Of a stretch of 64,000 nucleotides of DNA, positions 22,966 through 37,660 are shown piece after piece. Every line of letters starts with the position of its first letter. The stretch's first letter is position 1. The notes under the pieces are model-generated. The model saw only the letters and a program-made list of their open reading frames with translations. It was not told the origin of the DNA and searched no databases. The DNA is from Octopus sinensis (taxonomy: Eukaryota). The position numbers and the translations under genes are program-made. The stretch is from NCBI RefSeq assembly GCF_006345805.1, contig NC_043002.1:58466001-58530000 (forward strand), written 5' to 3'.

Positions 22966-25841
22966 GGCGGTGCCCCAGCATGGCCACAGCTCAAGAGCTG
23001 AAACTGGAAAAACAAAAACAAAAAACAAAACAAAACATACCATCAAAGTGACACTGGAGTACAAATATACAAAGCCCAGCATACCTATCATCACTGCCCA
23101 TGTGATAAGGGTACACCAGGACACATGCAACACATGTGAGTGACATGTTGACCTTATATCAAGATAAACATCATATGACTTGCAGGTGGGGCCCAGTTAG
23201 AATTTTCTTCAGCTCAAGTAGCCCATTAAACATCAAATCACAATAAAAAATGGAAATTGTAGTTGTGGCCAATGCCAGTGCTGCCTGACTAGCTCTCGTG
23301 CTGGTGGTATGCAATAAGTATCATTCATGCATGGGTCATTGCCAGTGCTGCCTGACTGGCTCCCCGTGCCAGTGACATGTAAAAAGCACCATCTGAAAGT
23401 GGTCGATGCCAGCCCCACCGCCCCCGACTGGCTCCTGTGCCAGTAACACATAAAAAGCCCCATCTGAATGAGGCCAATGCTAGTGCTGTCTGACTGGCTC
23501 CTGTGCTGATGGCACATAAAAAGCACCCACTACACTCTTGGAGTGGTTGGCATTAGGAAGGTTATCCAGCTGTAGAAACTGCCCATCTGATAACGGTACA
23601 CCAGGACACATGCATCACAACAATATTTGAACAACATGGTAACCCTATATTAAGATAAACATCACAAGATTTGCAGGTGGGGCCCAGTTAGAATTTTCTT
23701 TGGGTCAAGTAGCCCATCCCGCTCAAAAGGTCCTTGAATAAGTAGTGTTTAAAGTTGACAAATAAAACACCCATGTTTCCAGTGGTAAATTAATCAAACC
23801 CCAAAGAATTCCTCTCAATACATGGCTATGATGCTCCCCCACTACTTCTGCTCATGATCAGAGATGCACATATCGTCAGCCATTAAAGGATATGCTCAAC
23901 TGGTTACGGTCAAACAACTGACAAACAGATCTGTGGTAGCTAGCAGAATAGTTGGTGTACCCCATCTTTTACATCAAGACAAAACAGATATTCCCCCGCT
24001 ACACCTGCTTGCAATCAGAGATACATCACATCATCATCATCATCATTATTAACAAAATAGAATATAGACTCCTAATAACTAGTTTACTAATCAGTTTCAT
24101 ACCAGAAAGTTGAGAAAACCCTAGCAATCATCAGAAAAGGTTGAAATAGTGTAATACAGTGTAGACTCAGCATTTTTTTTACTAATAATAATATACCCAC
24201 TATTCAGCAACATGAATGTCTGTCTTTTTTCTAACTCATGGATTTTTAGGCACACAAACACACAAAAACACACAAACACACAAGGGACTACTTTCAGCTT
24301 CCACCTACAATGTCCACTCACAAGGCTTTGATCAGTCTGGGACTACAGTAGAAGGTGCTATTCAGTGGGATTGAACCGGGAACCATGTGGTTGTAAAGTG
24401 AGTTTCTTAACCACACAGCCATCTCAACTATTTTGAAGTTTGACAAGAAATGCTATTGGATATGTGTACGAACACATATACGGAGGCAGACATCCACTCG
24501 TATAAATAAAAGACTGAACGACGCAAAATAATATCAACCAGTTAGTATTCTGTACTGCAATACAAATAGAAACTAGGTACTCGAAAAACCTCTGCTGACA
24601 AGATTACAACTGTTCAAACATCACAGGAATGAGGTTTCTCAAAACACACACACACACACCCTGTTTCTGAAAGTGGTATAATTATCTTAACGAACATAGA
24701 ATATAGTTTCAAGAAGCATTAGTTGACATTTGCAGAGTGTCTCTAGTAAAGAGAGCTTGATCAAGGATAAAGATAAAAAAAAAAATTAAGAAAGACAAGA
24801 AAAAAAGAGAAAAGAGAATAAAGTCAAGAAAAAAAGAGAAAAGAGAATAATTTTTTCTACTCTGAGCACAAGGCACAAAATTTTGGGGGAGGGAGCCAGT
24901 CAATTAGATCAACCCCAGTATGCAACTGGTACTTAATATATCGACTGCGAAAGGATGAAAAGCAAAGTCGACCTTGGCGGAATATGAATTCAAAGCATCA
25001 AAGCCTATAATTTTATTTACAAAATTTTTACTTGTCACCATTTCTTAACTAAAGCAGAATGCACACACACACACACACACACAAGTTAAGTAGGCTGTTG
25101 TTGCCACACAAATTTCACAATGGAATGCATTTATTTGAGATTTTTATATTTTATGTAGACCATGTCTTCTCCATCAGATAAGGTCTCTTGATCAGGACGG
25201 ATTTCTGCATTATTTGAGGCAATTTATAATTTTTTCACTACTCTAGGCTCAAGGTCCAAAATTTTGGGGGCAGGGGGGCCAGTCGATTAGATTGACTCTA
25301 GTACGCAACTGGTACTTAGTTTATCAATAGTTTGAAATAGTTTCCTATTTCAAAGAAATTCAAACAATAGATATAAGACCAAAGTTAAAAAGATTCTCAA
25401 CAATTCAACTTCTCTGGTTGACATTAAGATGCTCATCCCCAACAGGGGCCTTAACTCTCACATTTTAGAGCTCCATGACCTTCATTTTCCAGGAACAAAA
25501 TCTTTTTAACAGGTTCATTAAGACTGGAATTTTGGAATACGCGCATAAAAATCAGTAGTAGGGATACATGTGGCACGATTACAATATTTTTAGGGTGTGT
25601 AAAGAGGGAAATATATATATATAAGTCCATGTTTGTTTTTAAGTTCAGTTATAATGGCTTCAAATTTTGGCACAAGGCCAGCAATTTCAGGAGAGGGTAA
25701 AAGACAATTAGATCAACCTCAGTGTCCAACTGGTACTTCTTTTATCGGCTCCCAAAAGGTTGAAAGGCAAAGTTGACTTTGGTGGAATTTGAACTCAAAA
25801 CCACTCAGCATCTTGCTCCATTTGCTAACAATTTTGCCACA

Positions 25842-26065
25842 GCACATCGTCTGCAGCTGGCTTTCAATGCACTATGTGGGTTCTTATATTTTCAAACAAG
25901 GGAGTTTAGTGTCCCCACCCAGCCCTAAAGCAATATCTGTATAACAATGGCTTCTGAGTTACTTCTCTTCATCAGCACAGAATAACTGCGTGGCAAGAGA
26001 AGGTGACACAAAACCCTTGTTCGAAATATGTTTTTCAAAGTGACATAGTCGCTGATCTTGTTCAG
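25842..26065 (-). mobile_element. Fragment of the same HHR-bearing family
   Basis: Colinear by eye with 37725-37940. Confidence 0.55.
25937..25980 (-). ncRNA. Decayed hammerhead motif
   Basis: CUGUG-CUGAUGA-A-GAG(AAGUAA)CUC-A-GAAG-CCAUUGUUA-UACAG; 5' core intact, GAAA->GAAG, stem III disrupted. Confidence 0.5.
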
Positions 26066-29000
26066 AGACTTAGAAATAATAATTTTTCTATTAAAAAAAA
26101 AAAATCCGTAACAAAAAAGTTGACACGCCCCGTTAATAGGGCTCTAAATACTGAACTTTGACCTTTACATTGTCAAACAAAGGGTTAAACCCAATAAACG
26201 AAAAATAATTTAAACACTAAACTGTGCACACCTAAATACATGAATAAATTCTAAACAATAACATAACCCCAAATTTAATCAATAAAAATTTCCCCAAAAC
26301 ACCTCTCCATAACAATCCACCCTAAAACCTAATAACCAGCACACAAAACACACAAGGAAAACTTTAACCCAACAGAGATTATATAAAGTCAAGATTAAGT
26401 CTAATGCATTACTGTCCGACAGTGGCTTAATTAGCTGCAACGAAGTAATTGTCTACAACATTCTTACTTAAGAATAAGATATATACATATGTATACATAC
26501 ACACATATACATACATACATACATACATATACATATATATATATATATATATAGATATATATATATATGTTAGTGGTAGGAGAATGAGTGACTGCACATT
26601 TTAAAAAGATCTAACATATTGCAAACACCAACAGCTGTTGCCAGTAAATCTTGTGAGGGGGTGGGGGGGTCAGACAGCAGATTTGCAAAAGAAGTTTGTT
26701 TTGAATGTAACATACCAAGTATATCTACTAATTACAAGAATTACAAGTCGTAAACCACATTGAATGGAGGGGCATGTGGGGAGGGGGGAGGGAAATAAAA
26801 TCTAAACTAAGGGGGGGAAAAAAGTTTGTCTTGATTAGCATGGCTACATCTTAACTGACATCTAAAAGTATTGACTGTAACGGAATCGTTATGTCTTTTC
26901 TAAGTGATTTCTTATCTTTCATCAGCCTCTTTTCTCTAATAATTATTATTATAACAATGGTTGCCGCAGCACTTTTACAAAATCCAATTAATGAAAAAGG
27001 CAGAAAAGTGAAAGGAAATCGTGAAACAGAACAAACAAGTTGGAAGTTATCTAAAAGCTTTGAAGAACTGAATGTAGGGTGGCGGAAGAGAATGCATCAG
27101 AAGCATTAAGTGATAGTAAAAGATGGAATTAAAAGCTGAAGCTTTCTGTAATGCCATTACTATAGTCTTTGGTGTCAAGGTTTAGAAGAATGAGCAGAAA
27201 GATAACAGTTGCAATGAGACATTAAATATTTAGAAATTTCAGTAGGAATTACATTAAGTATTAACTTTGGTAAAGATCTGACATAATTAGGGAAATGAAG
27301 TAAAATTCTTTAATAAGAATAGTAACGACAGTGAGTTTAAAGTTTCAGCCACCTAAGCTGATGATGGGTTAGCTTGATGAAACTTCGAAGTTACTGTCAA
27401 TAATATTCTTGTTTAATAACAATAAATTTGTACTCTATAAAAGTATGGAGTAACCCACTAGATTAATGCAAAATCATTTTTATTATAACTCAACATAAAA
27501 ACAAGCATTAATAAATATATCACCGTGATCACCATGACCGACCAGGCTATCAGATGTTGCTACACATCGCAGGTCACAATGTGCTTCGCATTGATTTAGC
27601 CTTCAAATGATGCCACCCCGCTGGCTAAGCGAGCAGGCCAACAGAAGAAAGAGTGAAAGAAAGTTGTGGCGAAAGAGTACAGCAGGGATTACCACCATCC
27701 CTTGCCGGAGCCGCATGGAGCTTTAGGTGTTTTCGCTCAATAAACACTCACAACGCCCGGTCTGGGAATCGAAACCGCGGTTTCGAATAAATATATATCG
27801 TTGCTATTATGCAAAAGTGTTGTAAGTCTAAAATGTTGCTTTTTCAGAAAACGAAAAACTAGTTTCACCATTCCATAGCAAAACCGTTGTACTACACTTT
27901 GACAATTTTTGATACCTTTCATCTGAAGCAGCTGGAGATACGATAGTTTGACCAAAAAAACTGGCTACTGTGAGCAAAAATAGATATTGGAAAAAGATGC
28001 ATTTGGCCAAATTTGGACACAGGACAGTTTAACAGAAAAAGCAACATTATCACCATCATCATTTAACGTCCATTGTCCATACTAGCATGGGTTCAACGGT
28101 TTGACCAAGCTGGCACACTGGAAGGTTGTGCCAGGCACCAGTCTTATTTGGCATGGTTTTTCCTACGGCTGGATGCCCTTCTTAACACCAACCACTCAGA
28201 GTGTAATGGGTGCTATTACATGCCACCGACACGGGCGCCATTTGCATGACACCTGGGTGCTTTTACATGCCAGCGGTTGATTTCTTTGATTAAAGGCGGC
28301 GCTCCAGCATGGCCACAGTCAAATGACTGAAGCAAGTAAGAGAATAAAGAATTGCCTGCCACCAAGCCTAATATGCACTCATCCTGCACCTCTCTCTTCC
28401 CCACTTCTCTATACAACACAAAGTTTGACTGCAAAAATCAACCAACCAATATTCGTATCAGTTACTTTTATATTATTTATATTTTTCCTTGTTTCAGTCA
28501 TTAGACTGTAGCCATGCTGGAGCACAGCCTTGAAGAAATTTTACTCAAATGAATAGACACTAGTATTTATTTTTTAAGCCTGGTACTTATTGTATCAGTC
28601 TCTGTTGCTGAACCGCTAAGTTATAGAGACTTAAATATACCAATACTGGTTGTCAAGTGGTAGTAGAGGACAAACACACACACACATATATATATATATA
28701 TAAAAAATATATGACAGGTTTCTTTCAGTTTCCATCAACCAAATCCACTCACAAGGCTTTGGTCAGCATGAGGCTGTAGTAGAATACAGTTACCCAAGGT
28801 GCTGCTATGAAGTGGGACTGAACCCAGAAACGTGGTTAGAAAACAAACTTCTTATCATGTAACCATCACCGTCATTGTTTAACATCCGCTTTCCATGCTG
28901 GCATGGGTTGGATGGTTTGACTGAGGACTGGCAAGCCAGAAGGCTGAACCAGGCTTCAACCCGATCTGACAAAGTTTCTACAGCTGGATGCCCTTCCTAA

Positions 29001-31539
29001 TGCCAACCACTCCAAGAATGTAGTAAGTGCTTTTTATGTGCCACCAGCACAGGAGCCAGTCAGGCGAGCCTGGCATCGATCACATTCAGATGGTGCTTTT
29101 TCTGTGCCACCAGTACAGGAGCCAGTCAGAGGGCACTGGCATCAGCCACATTCAAATGGTGCTTTTTACATGCCACCAGCACGAGAGCCAGTCAGCAGTC
29201 AGGGGGCACTGCCATTGGCCACGTTCGGATGTTGCTTTTTACATGCTACCAGCATAGGAGCCATTCAGGGGTCGCTGGCATTGGCCATGTTTGGATGGTG
29301 CTTTTTATGTGCCACCAGCACCTAGAGGGAAAAAAAAAAATTATAGTCCCTTAGATTAATAGGTTTACATTGGTGTGTGTGTGTGTGTTAGGATAGTAAA
29401 CATACATATGGGTAAGATTAAATAACCATACATTGGTGTGGCAAACATATCTGAGTGCTTTATGTATGTGTGTGTTTAAATGGTTTGCATAAGCTTATGT
29501 GGAGTATAGTATATCAGTAGATTTCTCATTCCGTTGAGTCATAAAAGGGTAATATGACCCCTGCCATCTGCAAAACATATGAAGTGCCTGCACGTGAATG
29601 TCCACACATGCACCCACACGAATCAATGCAATGCACACATAGTCAATTCACAAAAACAGCAACCATGGATTAGATATTTAACCACTCACGCCTTTCACAG
29701 AATCCACACTGTAACATGAGCATACATGCACATGTTCTCTCTCTCTCCTCTTTCTCTCACACACACAACCACATTTTATCTATGTATGTCTCTCTCTCTC
29801 TCTCTCACACACATGTTCTCACTTGTGTTTGCATAAATCTGAATATACAATCTGTAAACTAAGGAAGAGAGAGAAACCTGAAGCAGACCTGCTGAGGGCA
29901 TCTCATTGAAGAGGTTGCAAATGACAAGGGACTTTTCTACTCTAGCCACAAGGCCCGAAATTTTGGGGGAGGGGCCAGTCAGTTAGATTGACCCCAGTAT
30001 GCAGCTGGTACTTAATTTATTGATCCCGAAAGGATGAGAGACAAAGTCAACCTCGGTGGAATTTGAGCTTAGAACGTAAAGACAGACGAAATACCGCTAA
30101 GCATTTCGCCCAGTAAGCTAATGTTTCTGCCAGCTCGCCACCTTAATGACAAAGGACTTTGACAAACTTAGTCAGGTGAGTGAAGGATTAATTAAACAAT
30201 TAGTTCATTGGTTAAATGATCAACTAGTTAATGAATAATAATTTCTTCTACTATAGGCACAAGGCAAGTAATTCAGGGAAGGGGGGTGCAGTTGATTGCA
30301 TAACCCTCAGTATTTAACTGGTACTTACTTTGCCAACCCTAAAAAGACAAAAGTTGACCTTGGCAAGAGAACATGGCTGCAAAGCTACCTTCTTAACCAT
30401 GCAGCTATGTCTACCCCTTATAGTAACTTTTATCTTTTACTTGTTTCAGTCATTGAACTGTGGCCATGCTGGGGCACTGCCTTGAGGAATTTTTAGTCAA
30501 ATGAATCAACCCGTACTTATTTTTCTTTTAAGCCTAGTAGATATTCTATCAGTTTCTTTTGCCAAACTGCTAAGTTACAGGGATGTAAACAAAACAACAC
30601 TGGTTGTCATGCAGAGGTGGGGGACAAACACAGAAAAGACGAAACACACCTCATCAGTCAAACCCATGCCTGCATAGAAAACAGTTTTTAAATGATGATG
30701 ATCTCACACACACACACACACAGAGGCTTCTATTTAGTTTCCATCTACCAAATCCACTCACGAAAGTTTTGGTCAACCAAAGAATATAGCAGAAAACACT
30801 TGCACAAGGTGCTACGCGGTAGGGCTGAACCCAGAACCATGTGGTTGGGAAGCAAGCTTCTTACCACACCAACACGCCTGTACCTGTTTTCCTTTTTTTT
30901 TCTTCAATGAAGATACTTCCTCAGCTGACTGGAAGTTTCTTTCAATGAAACTAGAATGAAACAACTTCCAAGAATAATTGGTAACAGAATATTCTCTTAA
31001 GTTACCAGTGTCATAGACAAATTTACAAATTATCCACAGAAAAGAAGGAGACATCATCTTTTGAGGGCTTTGTTTTGTTCTTTTCTTTTTTTGTAAATTG
31101 GCATTAATGGCTAAGTTGCAGCATTATATCAACTTAACCTTTAAAGAGTTTCGTAAAAACAATATAAATAATAAATATATGACTGACATTGTATATCATT
31201 GTCCTGAATGCCACCAACCATAGTCGCTGACATAAAAAAATAAAAAAAACTGACATCCTGTTTAACGTTTTGTAAAGTTTCAATAAATAAAAATTTCTAA
31301 ATAAATCTACAAACATTTTTATTTCATAAATAATTTCCTTTTTCTTTTTCTTGAAGCCACATAGTTTACAAATGCTTTCAATTTTATTTGAAGGATCAAC
31401 CAAAATAAATAAATATAAATCTTTTAAAGAAAGCTTCTGCATCAGAAATTTGGATAGTTATTAATACAGATGACAGTTATGTAAATAAATTGATTTTGCT
31501 GTATTCAAACTCTCCATTTTCTTTATATTATACTACTAA

Positions 31540-31576
<37 letters not shown>

Positions 31577-33265
31577 GTATATGTTTTGGTGTCAAATATC
31601 TATGTCACTGACATAATTTAATGTTCTCTACTAAATGTATTGGTGGTGGTATTTCTTAAGACATGAAACAAAAATAGCTTACAATAAATTTCCTTGAAAT
31701 ACAAATAAAGGCCATGTAACTAGAGCCACTGTCAACAAGAATGTAGACGCCTTATTCCAGAAAATACCCACTATAATTTCCTCACAGTTTTCTTGAACTG
31801 CAACCTGACCTCAAAGAGTTAAAAAGAAAGACATTGCCTTGTTTTGCTAGAATATGAAGAAAGCATTATAAAGAGGAGAGATCACCGTTTTCATTTAACG
31901 TCTTTGTTCCATGCTGGTATGGGTTGGAGAGTTTGGCTCCAATGTCAGCTTTGGCATGGTTTCTATGGCTGGATGCTCTTCCTAATAACAACCACTTGAC
32001 AGCATTTGCTGGGGTACATTGTTTGGGCCACCACGAATGAAGTTGCCGTGCAGGATGTGGAATTAAAACCCAGAGGGAGGTGGCTTTACAAAAGATGAGA
32101 GGTTGAAGTATGAAAGAAGGGGTCAGATCAAAACAGGTTTCATGTAGATGGGGGCTACAAAACTATTGACATTTTAGAAAAGGAGGTGGGAGTGATCAGG
32201 GAATACCTGAAAGGAGATAAAAATAGGGGTGGTGAAGCATTTGTGTGAACCTTTAAGATAGGTCAATGGGGACTGAAGAACGAGGAGTGTGAATGGGTGG
32301 AGGTTGCAAGTGTTCATGGTAGAGTGGAAGGTGGAGATTGGAGGTAGGTTACAACCGTAGGGGTGGAGGTAGTGAATGGTGGATAAGAAGTGGGAGATGA
32401 CCAAAATAGGAGGTGACTGGCTTATTCCACACAGCTTTGAAAGCATAATGTAAGTGGACATTTGTTGAGAGGAGAAACTAGCCATACTGTCCACCACATT
32501 TTCCCTTTTGCACCAGCAATTGCAGAGAAAAACAAACACATACACAACAATATTCTGTCAGTTTATGACTACCAAATCTACTCACAGAGCTTTGGTTAGC
32601 CCAGGGTTGTAAAAGATGCCAAAGGATGCTGCAGAGTGCAAATGAACCTGAAACCATGTGATTGGGAAGTGAACATTTCATACATCCATGCCTGTACCTT
32701 TGTACACACACACAAACACACTGAGTCTTGATAGGACCAACCTCTTTCTTATTCCATCTCTCAATTAGTCTTCCATCTTAATCATTCATTAACTGAGACA
32801 CCCACAAATAAACAAATGATTCTATAGCAATCCCAAAAGTGTGCAACGACTTAACATATTCACAAACCACATATAAAGAAGACATTATTAGCTCACCAAC
32901 TCGACAACTGCACCTTGGATAAATCGGATTTAAAAGGTTTATTTTTTCAAAATATGCAGTGCAGTGTTAAAATAGTAAATGAACAAGTTGAACTGGTATT
33001 AAAAGATTAGATCTAATATGTCTAAAAGTATATTTAACTTTCAGCCAAATTACACACATGAAAATGACAGCAAAGCTAAGTCTAAATCCTTCATTAGTTA
33101 AGCTATATAAACAAACAAAATGAAAAATTTATAACCAGTTCTTTTGTATGACTATCATATCTAGTTGTGCCTTAGGCTCTCTTTTCAGTTTTAGATCCTA
33201 AGTTAAGTATCAGCTAAATTTTTAGATACATCTCTTAACTCTATATACACTAAACTACTTGAGAT

Positions 33266-33516
33266 CACCTCTGGTTCTATGATGCAAACTTTCTTTTTAA
33301 CCCTTCTGATAACCCACATGAGTAAACACCTGGTTCTATGATGCAAAAATTTTTTTTAACCTTTCTAATAACCCACCTGAATGACACCTGGTTCTATGAT
33401 GCAAACTTTCTTTTTAACCCTTCTGATAACCCACCTTAGATGACACCTGGTTCTATGATGCAAACTTTCTTTTTAAACCTTCTGATAACCCACCTGAGAT
33501 GACACCTGGCTCTATG
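33266..33516. repeat. 58-59-bp tandem repeat, about 4.3 copies, derived from a piggyBac-like MITE end
   Basis: ctggttctat at 33271, 33330, 33388, 33447 and 33506; unit matches the 52487-52540 terminus. Confidence 0.85.
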
Positions 33517-36500
33517 GCATGAGCTTCCTCTCTAATTCTTTTGATGTCAACATTTACTCCAAAGTACTGTTGCTGAATATCTCTCAGTGTAAGATTTACA
33601 AATAGTAATTTTCTAAAGTAAAAAACAATTGAGTTAAATTTCAATAAAAGCAATGACAGAGGCCTGACCGGCTGCTACCAGTTTATGCCAGTCACCATCA
33701 GGGCATTAGGTGTTCTCTGGCCCTGCACTGCTGGTTTTCTTTGCAGAATCAGGATAACTGCAGCCTGTCAGAGAAATTGTAGGTGTTGCAGTGAGTGTCA
33801 GGATATTGTAGGTGTTGCAGTGAGTGTCACTAGCCATTCTCCAAAGCAATGCTTATGCAATCATGTCTATAAAGTGTGACTAAACACATCATTCGTTCTG
33901 GGCTGTTACTACCTGTTACTCCCTCCCTCCCTCCCATTTTCTGCCGTTTAATTTCCACTTTTACCTTTTTCATTGTTTCCATGGTGAGGAAGTTATGAAA
34001 TTTTTCTTCGTAAACTTTATGTTTTATACTTTTTATGCTTTTTTTTTTATATTTTTTCTTCCAATATAAAAAGCATTCATTTAAACTTGAACACAGCATT
34101 AAAGAAATATTTAAAAAAAAATTTTTTTTTGTTTGTTTGAAAGAAAGATATATTAAGATCCTGCAAGTAAAACTGTACACATACACACACACAAACATAT
34201 ATTCATACATACATAAATATATTTTTTCATAAGTTGAGAAATATTTAAAACCTACATACAAACTGCGAAAATTTGTCAAGAAAATCTAACTTTAATATTT
34301 ACATTAAAACATTAAGTGCAGAAAAAAAAAAAAGCAAAACAAAGTCCCATAAGGTGCAAGGTGTGTCTCCCAAGAGTAAAATACTATTTTTAAAATATGC
34401 TAAATATTTTCAACACCAGTTCGTTATTTTTAGTTTGTGTCTTGGCTATTAATTTCACAAGAGTAAAGAAAAAGACGAAAAAAACACTATTAAACTGCGC
34501 TTGTTTTTCGGTCAACAACTGTAGTCTGTGATTATTGTTCTATTTTCACCTAACAACAACAAAAAAAAATTATAATTAAAAGACTGAAGTTGAGTGTAAT
34601 TAATATGTTGTAAGCAGAGCATCTTATTAAAAACCAAAATAAAACAAAAAAGGATAGAAAGAGAGAAAAGCAATGAAATTAGACACTTTCTTCAATTGCT
34701 AATCAGAACACATACAATGCCTACCACTAAGAGATATTTATGTTTCATTAACAGTGAAAGTATTTACTGCATTACCAACGATTGTTATTAGACAAAGTTA
34801 CCTTAGTTCAATTGCTAGCGTTTCACCAAATGAGTAAGCAGGTTGATTTAGAAAGATTTAAACTGTAACATTACAGAGTCATTCCTGTTCTATTTATTAC
34901 TGTTGTTGTTGTTACGGAACCTGAACGGCAAATATACACTCAAGAATCGAAGAATAATGAAAGTACACAAGTGAAATTCTTTGGGAAATTTGTTAAAGAA
35001 GTTCACCTAATCTACAACAAAGATTTGGATTAAGTACTGTCCCTCATTTTCCAATAACACTTTAGCATTTAATCCAGCCATATCCAGCCAAAATATTCTA
35101 CTTGTTATATGCTAAAACAGACCAGATCCAACCTCTTACACCAACCCATCAATGTCATTCTAACAATATACAAACACACCATTGAAATCTTAAAGCTATG
35201 AGATAATACACAACAAATTCAAAACAAAGTGAATAGAATAAGTATTACATTTGACAAAGAAATCTGAATGCTGAAGAGTTAGAAATTATCAGTTACAATA
35301 AAGTATAAAAATGTTGCTAAGTGAAGGCATATGGTCCTGTGGTTAGGGCATTCAGCCCACAATTCTAATGTTGCTGGTTCAATTCTTGAACCAAGTACTA
35401 TGTTGTGTCTTTGAGCAATGCACTTCATTACAGGTGGCTGCAGTCAGTCTACTAGACTGTAAATGAGTACCAGCTGATGTTTAGTGCAGCTTTCTCTCCT
35501 GCCAGCTATCACATTCTTAATGAACCATTGGGTGACGAGAGGAAGGGCCACATGGGTATCTATATCAACGCATAAAAAGCACCTGTGCTGGTGCCATGCA
35601 GAAAGCACCCAATGCATTTTGTGAAGTGGTTGACATTAGGAAGGGTCCCCAGCCACAGAAACCTTGCCAAAATAGACGATTGGAGCCTGGTGCAACTCTC
35701 TGACTTGCCAGCTCTAGTTGAAACATCCAATCCATGGAAAATGGTCATTAAATGATGTTGATGATGATAACCACATAGGTATCTAAAACAATTAGTAAAA
35801 GTCACCTGAAAATGATGGCTAAGCTCTAGTTTCTCATATTAATCAACCCTGTTGACCATTCCTGTTATAACCAATCTGTTGGTGTCATACTGACATACAC
35901 CATGATCAACCCCTGGACCTCACTATCTTAGAGCCCCAAAACTTGTAGCCCCAAGACTTGTAGGCTATCTGAGAGCACCCAAGACTCCCATGGAGTATAA
36001 GTGACCAAAATCTTAACATTCTGCTTGAACCAATTGTTGCGTGGTACCTCTTTTACAGCTGAGTGGACTGGACCGATGTGAAATGTGGTGTTTTGCCTAA
36101 AGTACACAGTGCACTGCCCAGTCTGCGAATTGAAACCACAATCATGAATACAATACCCTTAACCACAAGGGAACACACCTTCACTTAAGAATGTGCACCC
36201 CTGATACACTTAATTTAATACAAAGTATCACAAGAGGGTTCTAATTACCCATCCTGCCCCCGCCCCTCTCCCCACTTTAATTATCAAACAAAAGACATGA
36301 AGGTCAAGCTTTACTTCACCCAAGTAGAACTTTGACACTCATATTTGCATGCCAAATCCAACCGAAATATTCTACTTGTTAAATATTCAAACTGACCAAA
36401 TCCAACCTCTCACACATCACCTACAATGCCATTCTAAAAGTAAGCAATCACATCACAGAAATCTTGAAGCTACAAGATAATACAAGATTCATTCAAAACA

Positions 36501-37660
36501 ATTTGAATAAAATAAGCATTAAATTTTCACAGAGGAATCTGAATGCCAAAGAGTTAAACACCATCTTGTCTTGAAAAAAGTCTAAATATTAAAAAGTGAG
36601 CGTTAATCTTTGAAGATTCATTTTTTCATCTGATGCCAATCAGATAATACAAGAATACTTCCTAAGGTGAAATTTAACCAATTACACAGCTACCCAACAA
36701 AATTTGGTATGGTGCCTAGTGAAACCGAATCAATATTTTTCATTTAAAAATGGCTACAAGCAATGTTTATCAACCAACCAATTTTAGTGAGAAAGAAAAA
36801 GAAAAAAGAAGGAAAAATAGAAACATTCCAAGACCTTTTGTGTGAATTATATTTTCCTGGAATTTGAATAAATATTGTCTAACATCAAATAGTCATTCAC
36901 ATACCATCATAAATAATTTCATGTACCACAAAGACATTTGCATACCAGGCTGATAGAGAGACATTGTGTGTGTGTGTGTATAAAAGTATGGTATTTTGTT
37001 GCATAAGGCTAGACTGACCTGTGGCAAGAGCAGAAAAATGTGAAAAATGGTGTCATTCTATTAGAAAGCGACGTTGCTTGAATAAAACCGATTATTTGAT
37101 GCTGAAGTTTTCCAATTTTGCAAAAGTAATGCTTCAGGATAACAATTAAATCCCAAAATCTTTTTAAATGGTATTACATTACATATCCCACTTTGGGGGG
37201 GGGGGAGAAAAATAAGAAAAACCGTCCCCAACCCCACCCCACAAAGGACTAAAATAACAGAAAGATAAATTCTACTGGGAGCAAAACTGTCCTAAATATA
37301 TTGGAATGTCTGTAGTTCTTTATATTATTGGGAAAAGAATTTGGCAAGGTCAAAACTTGAGCAACACTTTCAATGTAATTATTGCAATATGTAAAAACTC
37401 ATTTGATTTACCATTTAGATGGCTTTAGGCACATTTTTAAAAAATTATGTATGTGCGTATGTTCTTTTCTCTTACTTGTTTCAGTCGTTTGACTGCAGCC
37501 TTGCTGGAGCACTGCATTTAGTCAAACAAATCGACCCCAGGACTTATTCTCTGTAAGCGTGGTACTTATTCTATAGGTTTTTTTTGCCAAACTGCTAAGT
37601 TACAGGGATGTAAACACACCAACATCAGTTGCCAGACAATGGTTTTGGGGACAGTAACAA

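Noticed and set aside
27358-27398. Complete hammerhead using CTGATGA at 27358
   Set aside because: No stem I partner next to the core and no stem II closing pair.
32174-32545. Possible LINE endonuclease remnant
   Set aside because: No clear GDFN or SDH motif by eye; too decayed to call.
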